This document shows positions 61,474 to 64,000 of a stretch of DNA of 64,000 nt, piece after piece. Made by a program: the position numbers and the translations under genes. Numbering within the stretch: the first letter of the stretch is position 1; each line of letters opens with the position of its first letter. Source of the DNA: an uncultured Solirubrobacterales bacterium. Lineage in GTDB: Bacteria > Actinomycetota > Thermoleophilia > Solirubrobacterales > 70-9. The notes under the pieces are model-generated. The model did no database searches, was not told the DNA's origin, and saw only the letters and a list, made by a program, of their open reading frames with translations. The stretch covers positions 276,625 through 340,624 of the forward strand of contig CAVPWI010000009.1 in assembly GCA_963709475.1 (NCBI GenBank). The letters run 5' to 3'.

Positions 61474-62388
61474 ATGTCACGGCCAAAGCGTCAGAGCCGT
61501 CTTCTCGAGAAGGGCGGACAGGGCACCGTCGAGTGGGTCGGTCTGGTTGCGCTCGTCGCGGTCACGGTCGTCGCCGTCGCGTCGTTCGCGGGCTTGGTGC
61601 CTGGCACGGCCGTGATTCACTCGATCAGCCGCAGCCTGCTCTGTGCCGTCTCGCTGTCGCAGGCGTGCCTTGCCGAAGGATCTCTGGAGGAGGCCTACGG
61701 CGAGCGCACCGCCGGGCTGGTCAGGGCGAATGCGCCGGAGATTCTCTTTGGTCCCGATCTGCTCGGGTTGCCGGTCGACTTCCGTTCCTGCCGCTCGCCC
61801 GCCTGCGCAGACGCCGGGGGTCCGGGCGAGGTGACCGAGTCGAGCGCCGGGGAGCCGGTCACGCTCTTCACCCGTGTCCTGGAGCGGGACGGCACAACCT
61901 GGATCCAGTACTGGGCCTACTACCCGGAGAGCGCCTCTCTGCGAGGAGTCCCGGTCCTCGAGGAGGAGGGCTACCACCCACATGACTGGGAATCCACTCA
62001 GGTCAGGATCGGGCCCGACGGGAAAGTCGACCGGCGGGCGTCCTCCCATGCCGGCTACAACCACACCCGGTCGATCACGAACTGGGGCTCCGACGTCGGA
62101 TCGAAGCTGCTGCGTGGCGCCAGCGAGGCAGTCGGATTGCGCGAGAAGGGCGGATGGGGTGAGGACAGCGGCCGGTGGCTGGTCGCGGGTGGCAGTCATG
62201 CCGGCAACGTTTCCGGAGAGGTCGACCCCGACAGCTACCCGAACCGCACCCCGGCGGCTTCGGTCAGACTGATCCCACTGGAGCAGGTTCGCGGCGGGCC
62301 GCTGGCCCGGCCGGCCCGGTTCGACCCGATCACGCCGCCGTGGCGCAAGCGGGTCTGGACCGACGGGGAGGCCGAAGGGACCGGGTGA
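61474..62388 (+). CDS. hypothetical protein with TadE/Flp-pseudopilin-like N-terminus
   Basis: The N-terminal GGQGTVEWVGLVALVAV resembles a class-III (Tad-type) prepilin motif. I do not recognise the globular C-terminal region (YWAYYPES, HPHDWES). Confidence 0.5.
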   Translation: MSRPKRQSRLLEKGGQGTVEWVGLVALVAVTVVAVASFAGLVPGTAVIHSISRSLLCAVSLSQACLAEGSLEEAYGERTAGLVRANAPEILFGPDLLGLPVDFRSCRSPACADAGGPGEVTESSAGEPVTLFTRVLERDGTTWIQYWAYYPESASLRGVPVLEEEGYHPHDWESTQVRIGPDGKVDRRASSHAGYNHTRSITNWGSDVGSKLLRGASEAVGLREKGGWGEDSGRWLVAGGSHAGNVSGEVDPDSYPNRTPAASVRLIPLEQVRGGPLARPARFDPITPPWRKRVWTDGEAEGTG

Positions 62389-62427
62389 ACGCCGGATTCG
62401 GGGGCGTGGGGAGTCGGAGACCGCGGC

Positions 62428-63363
62428 TCAGGGGGCCAGGGCGGTGATCAGCGAGGCCATGTTGTCCGGCGTCGTGATCGGGGTGACGACCGGCAGCGTG
62501 ATCCCGCCGGAGACGTACTCGTCGAGCCGGGAGCGGATCTGCTCGGGCGAGCCGAGCAGGAAGGTGTCTTCGATCAGGTCCCAGGGAGCGGCCGCAGCCG
62601 CGCCCGCGCGGTCCCGGGCCTCCCAGGCTTCGACCATGGCGGATATCTCGTCCCCGTAGCCGAGCCACCTGAAGAAATTCGCATAGACCGGCACCGTGAC
62701 GTAGGAGGAGAACATGAATCTGGCAAGAGGCTCGACCTGCTCCCGCTCTCCCGGAATGCAGAAGAAGCGGCAGAGAAGCTCGAAATCAGGTCCGGCCCCG
62801 TCGATTCCTTCGACGACCTGAGGCAGTCCGCCCAGCGGCAGGAAGTTGGTGAAGGCCCCGTCAGCCTTGTCGACCGCGAGCTTGAGCATTTTGCCGCGCA
62901 GGGCAGCGAGCACGATCGGGGTGGGGTGGGCAGGCGCGGTCTCCAGCTTGAAGCCTGTATCGGTGCGCTCACCTGCCAGGGCCACCCGCAGGAAGTCGAC
63001 CGTCTTCTCCACTTTGCTCAGCGGCTTCTCGAACGGAATCTCGTTCCAGCCGGCGACCATGCGATCCGAAGAGGCACCGATGCCGAGGGCGAACCTTCCC
63101 GAGGACGCATCGGTCATCGCGGCGGCCTGTTGGGCCAGCAGCGCGGGTCCGCGCTGGAAGACGCCGACGATGCCTGTTCCGAGGCGGACCTTTTCGGTCC
63201 AGGCGGCACTGACGGCAAGCGGGGTGAAGCCGTCGGGACCGCCGGTTTCTCCGGTCCAGAGGTCGGTATATCCCTCGGCCTCGGCCTGCTCGACGAACGG
63301 CCGGTGGTCGGCCAGCGATGTGCCCGGCAAGGGCAGGGTCAGTCCCCATCTGGATGAGCTCAC
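62428..63363 (-). CDS. LLM-class F420/flavin-dependent oxidoreductase
   Basis: 311 aa with a luciferase-like TIM barrel pattern (AEAEGYTDLWTGE, GRFALGIGAS). Confidence 0.75.
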   Translation of the reverse strand: MSSSRWGLTLPLPGTSLADHRPFVEQAEAEGYTDLWTGETGGPDGFTPLAVSAAWTEKVRLGTGIVGVFQRGPALLAQQAAAMTDASSGRFALGIGASSDRMVAGWNEIPFEKPLSKVEKTVDFLRVALAGERTDTGFKLETAPAHPTPIVLAALRGKMLKLAVDKADGAFTNFLPLGGLPQVVEGIDGAGPDFELLCRFFCIPGEREQVEPLARFMFSSYVTVPVYANFFRWLGYGDEISAMVEAWEARDRAGAAAAAPWDLIEDTFLLGSPEQIRSRLDEYVSGGITLPVVTPITTPDNMASLITALAP

Positions 63364-63433
63364 CGGGTCAGCCTACATCGCGCCGGGGCGTCCGTCCGCC
63401 CGCGGTCGACCGCCCGTTATAGCCTGCCAGTCA

Positions 63434-64000
63434 ATGGGAATCATTTCGAAGGATGTCCGGTCAGGATCGAAGCCCGATCGAAACCTCGCTCTGGAGCTGG
63501 TCAGGGTGACTGAGTCGGCCGCGCTTGCGGCATCGAGATGGGTCGGCCGCGGCGACAAGCTCGCTGCCGACGGCGCTGCTGTTGACGCGATGCGGCTGCT
63601 CCTGGACACGGTGCCGATGGATGGCATCGTGGTCATCGGTGAAGGCGAAAAGGATGAAGCCCCGATGCTCTATAACGGCGAGCAGATCGGTGACGGCAGC
63701 CCGCCTGTAGTCGACATCGCGGTAGACCCACTCGAGGGCACGACGCTGACAGCCCGTGGCTTCGGCGGCGCCCTGGCGGTCATCGCGCTGGCCGAGCGCG
63801 GCACGATGTTCGACCCGGGCCCCTGCGTCTACATGGAGAAGCTGGCCAGCTCATCCGAATTCGCCGACCTGCTGAACTTCGACGAACCGATCGGCGACCT
63901 GATCCGCAAGATCGGCGAGCGCAAGGGTGGCGGCCCCGAAGAAGTGACCCTCACCGTGCTCGCCCGGGACCGCCACGACGAAGGCGTGGCCGAGATCCGC
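63434..64000 (+). CDS. glpX: class II fructose-1,6-bisphosphatase GlpX (3' end cut by window edge)
   Basis: I located ATG 63434 by hand. Translation reads ...PDRNLALELVRVTESAALAASRWVGRGDK..AD.AAVDAMR......VVIGEGEKDEAPMLYNGE..G.......DIAVDPLEGT. The frame is open to the window end and is absent from the ORF track. Confidence 0.85.
   Translation, partial: MGIISKDVRSGSKPDRNLALELVRVTESAALAASRWVGRGDKLAADGAAVDAMRLLLDTVPMDGIVVIGEGEKDEAPMLYNGEQIGDGSPPVVDIAVDPLEGTTLTARGFGGALAVIALAERGTMFDPGPCVYMEKLASSSEFADLLNFDEPIGDLIRKIGERKGGGPEEVTLTVLARDRHDEGVAEIR

Overview
High-GC (about 70% by eye) chromosomal segment that looks actinobacterial. Supporting markers are F420/LLM-type oxidoreductases, a SigK/RskA-type ECF pair, a DesA3-like desaturase, a PucR regulator, DUF4235 and a PntAA/AB/B split. 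Lys/Arg-rich exported proteins hint at Thermoleophilia/Solirubrobacterales-like organisms, but that is a guess. I support 68 protein-coding genes; the first and last are cut by the window edges. I found no rRNA, tRNA, CRISPR array, transposase or prophage. Content is mostly housekeeping and accessory metabolism, with many lipid-modifying enzymes: crotonases, thiolase, desaturase, CFA synthase, patatin and thioesterase. Three phytoene-desaturase/amine-oxidase-family flavoproteins are also present. Many long ORFs in the supplied track are antisense or read-through artefacts of the high GC content, so several starts were re-set from the sequence. The most interesting candidates are listed here. 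(1) A same-strand island at 21.6-29.2 kb joins exported HtaA-like and fasciclin proteins, a SigK/RskA-type ECF sigma/anti-sigma pair, a translationally coupled patatin lipase and an amine-oxidase/DUF1365/CFA-synthase cassette. (2) A translationally coupled short HipA-like kinase plus DUF3037 pair has no described function. (3) A roughly 135-nt structured intergenic repeat occurs in two convergent gene gaps. (4) Unusual domain fusions include aldose-epimerase-CHAD, crotonase-HD and an HPF with a duplicated C-terminal domain, and there is a collagen-like Gly-X-Y protein. (5) A P-type ATPase carries an apparent 1-nt frameshift. All family names come from my recognition of motifs in the translations; no database search was run.
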